Assembly (NCBI GenBank): GCA_038243335.1
Contig: JBBSRF010000001.1
Span: 1-50,736, forward strand
From: Sphingobacteriales bacterium
Lineage (GTDB): Bacteria; Bacteroidota; Bacteroidia; Sphingobacteriales; Sphingobacteriaceae
Length of the DNA stretch: 50,736 nucleotides
Direction: 5' to 3'
A program made the position numbers and the translations under genes. Within the stretch, counting starts at the first letter, position 1; each line of letters opens with the position of its first letter. The notes under the pieces were generated by a model. That model saw nothing but the letters and a program-made list of their open reading frames with translations. It was not told where the DNA came from and made no database searches. Below are positions 48,904-50,736 of the stretch, piece by piece.

Positions 48904-49587
48904 ATGAACAAAATTTGCTTGGTGCTTGTTTGCTTATTTATTGCACCTTCTTTAAAGGCTCAAATTATAAAATCTTCTCCCCAAGAAGTTAGTCCATCTG
49001 TTACTGCAATTAATGTTGCTGTTACTTTAACTGAAGAAACGGTAGCTGATGATTATTTTGATGATGCTGATAGAAGTGAAAGAAAAGGGTCATTAAATGA
49101 AGCCCTAGCATTGTTCGGTAAAGCTGCTTTTGAATACAATAATGATAAAAAGTATAACCGTTATGCAACCTCTTTGTTAAGAATGAGTAATGTGCACTTG
49201 TTATTAACTCATTATGTAGAAGCGGAACAAATAATTTTAAATGCCGCATTAAAAACCTATAGTAAAATAGGCAATAAATCGGGTCAAATGGTTTCTTACA
49301 ACCAATTAGGAAAAATTTACTTAGCTTCAAACAGACTAACACAGTCCTTATGGTTTTATACACAACAAGGTATTTTGGCTCAACAACTTAAAAATAACAA
49401 TGCTTACATAGAGTCTATTTTAGGTATAGTATCTGTTAAAATCAAAAAGAAGGAGTATGCAATGGCAACAAAGGATGTTGACAGAGCGGAGGTATTAGCT
49501 AAAAATGCGAATACGACTCAATTTTCGCCTCAGATTAAATGGAATAGAAATTTTATCGCAGAAAAAACTGGGATAAAGGGTAAATAG
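48904..49587 (+). CDS. Secreted TPR-like hypothetical protein
   Basis: Signal peptide (LKAQ), helical repeats (SYNQLGKIY). Confidence 0.7.
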   Translation: MNKICLVLVCLFIAPSLKAQIIKSSPQEVSPSVTAINVAVTLTEETVADDYFDDADRSERKGSLNEALALFGKAAFEYNNDKKYNRYATSLLRMSNVHLLLTHYVEAEQIILNAALKTYSKIGNKSGQMVSYNQLGKIYLASNRLTQSLWFYTQQGILAQQLKNNNAYIESILGIVSVKIKKKEYAMATKDVDRAEVLAKNANTTQFSPQIKWNRNFIAEKTGIKGK

Positions 49588-49596
49588 TAATAAAAA

Positions 49597-50206
49597 TTAC
49601 TCGATTTACAGCTTCAGCATTTTCCTTTACAAAAGCACGATAGATTCTATCAATAAGTTTTTAAAATCTAAAAGGCAACCTCATAAACGTAAATTAACCA
49701 AAAATCAACTCTTTTTTGATGCTATAATATTTTAAATGGAACGGTTTGAGGATAATTATTGTAAATATTTACAATAATAAATTTCTATCAATTGCCTTTA
49801 TGGTGTTGCCATCTGTAACCCATGCTCCAATTGCTCTAAAAAATTGTTGTTATTTTGAGTCTTTTAAACCTCCGAGCTTGTTATCGTAAAAAGAACAAGG
49901 TAAAAAATATAATAATTAAAATTTGGAGTTTAAATATTTTAGAAAAAGTTAATTAGCCTATTGATTTTCGTAAAGTGTTCATAACAGCTAAACGGAGGTA
50001 TAGTTAATTTAAAATTTCAATCTTACCCATATAATTCAATATTCTAATCCAGAAAAGCTGAAATAATAAATTTAAAATAAAGGGCGCATCATACTATTGA
50101 TTTTTTTAATTGAAAAATTTAATTCTGAGCCATAGCTGTTAATTGAAATAGGTTAAACGGCTTTAATAAGGATTATAGATATTAAAGTTTTGTAATTCTT
50201 TATCAT
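49597..50206 (-). pseudogene. Possible decayed gene remnant
   Basis: Protein-like frame ..FYDNKLGGLKDSK*QQFFRAIGAWVTDGNTIKAIDRN..RLPFRF*KLIDRIYRAFVKENAEAV broken by stops; signal-peptide-like fragments upstream. Confidence 0.3.
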
Positions 50207-50284
50207 TACTATACGTAAACTTAACATTTTTTCAAGAAATAGAGATTTGTTAACTATTAAAAATATAAAAGGAAAATTTTAAAT

Positions 50285-50302
50285 ATACCCATTAGAGGGT
50301 AT
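50285..50302. promoter_or_regulatory. Palindromic operator ATACCC-N6-GGGTAT
   Basis: Perfect 6-bp inverted repeat centred ~43 bp upstream of the 50337 ATG. Confidence 0.5.
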
Positions 50303-50336
50303 TTAAAAAAACACTTTTTTGAATTATATTTAGCTT

Positions 50337-50736
50337 ATGAAAAATGTATTCATATCTAAAATTATTTTTTTAATCGGAACAATATTATTTTGTTTATCAA
50401 GTGCTTTTGCTCAACAATCAAAAATAGATAGCCTTACAAAAGTTGTGTTGAAGAGCGGGAATAGTTTGTCTTATGTAGATGCTTTAAATAATTTAGCTTG
50501 GCTACTTTCTAAAACTGATTCTGCTAAAGCGATGAATTTTGCTATAAAAGCCAAAGGATTAGCAACAAATAAAAAATATTTAAATGGTCTTGCCGAATCC
50601 TATAGGGTAATTGGGAATGTTTATTCTTATAAAAACCATACAGTAGTTGCCGTTGATAATTTTCTAATTTCTAATAGTTATTATAACAAATTAAACAATC
50701 GAACTGAAATAGGTGGTAATTACAATAATATTGGAA
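50337..50736 (+). CDS. TPR-containing exported protein, probably the N-terminus of a TPR sensor kinase (3'-truncated; not in ORF track)
   Basis: MKNVFISKIIFLIGTILFCLSSAFAQQSKIDSL...DALNNLAW...GLAESYRVIGNVY...NYNNIG; open to window end. Confidence 0.8.
   Translation, partial: MKNVFISKIIFLIGTILFCLSSAFAQQSKIDSLTKVVLKSGNSLSYVDALNNLAWLLSKTDSAKAMNFAIKAKGLATNKKYLNGLAESYRVIGNVYSYKNHTVVAVDNFLISNSYYNKLNNRTEIGGNYNNIG

Noticed and set aside
1123..49363. Many short (60-123 aa) ORFs nested in or antisense to long genes
   Set aside because: Shadow frames of well-supported genes with no motifs or independent expression signals
1..50736. CRISPR array, IS element, tRNA/rRNA, defence island
   Set aside because: No regularly spaced repeat-spacer units, transposase/integrase motifs, cloverleafs or defence-type domains seen by eye

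Overview
Low-GC Bacteroidota chromosome, most likely Pedobacter/Sphingobacteriaceae (inferred from gene content, TAnnTTTG promoters and repeat types). The window is mostly core housekeeping: carB end, radA, an RNase E/G gene, HU, mutY, ssb, glmS, panCD, rimP-nusA-infB, an MsbA-like ABC transporter, meaB, pepP, OmpA, recG and fumC. Accessory modules are an AraC + outer-membrane receptor pair, a LytS/LytTR pair, a Crp/Fnr + AhpD-like pair and a complete cyanophycin cluster (cphA, cphB, isoaspartyl peptidase). The ORF track misses two small genes (a 29-aa bS22-like protein and a 47-aa DUF6728-like protein) and a TPR protein truncated by the window end. The most notable non-coding signal is a candidate sigma-54-driven ~78-nt sRNA with its own terminator between radA and DUF4920. 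Other signals are a set of apparently leaderless genes (including a divergent pair sharing one -7 element), two GTCATTCTGA REP-like palindromes, a Flavo-1-like structured element and several well-positioned operator motifs. No transposase, prophage, CRISPR array, tRNA or rRNA was seen. All calls come from reading the sequence; no database searches were run.
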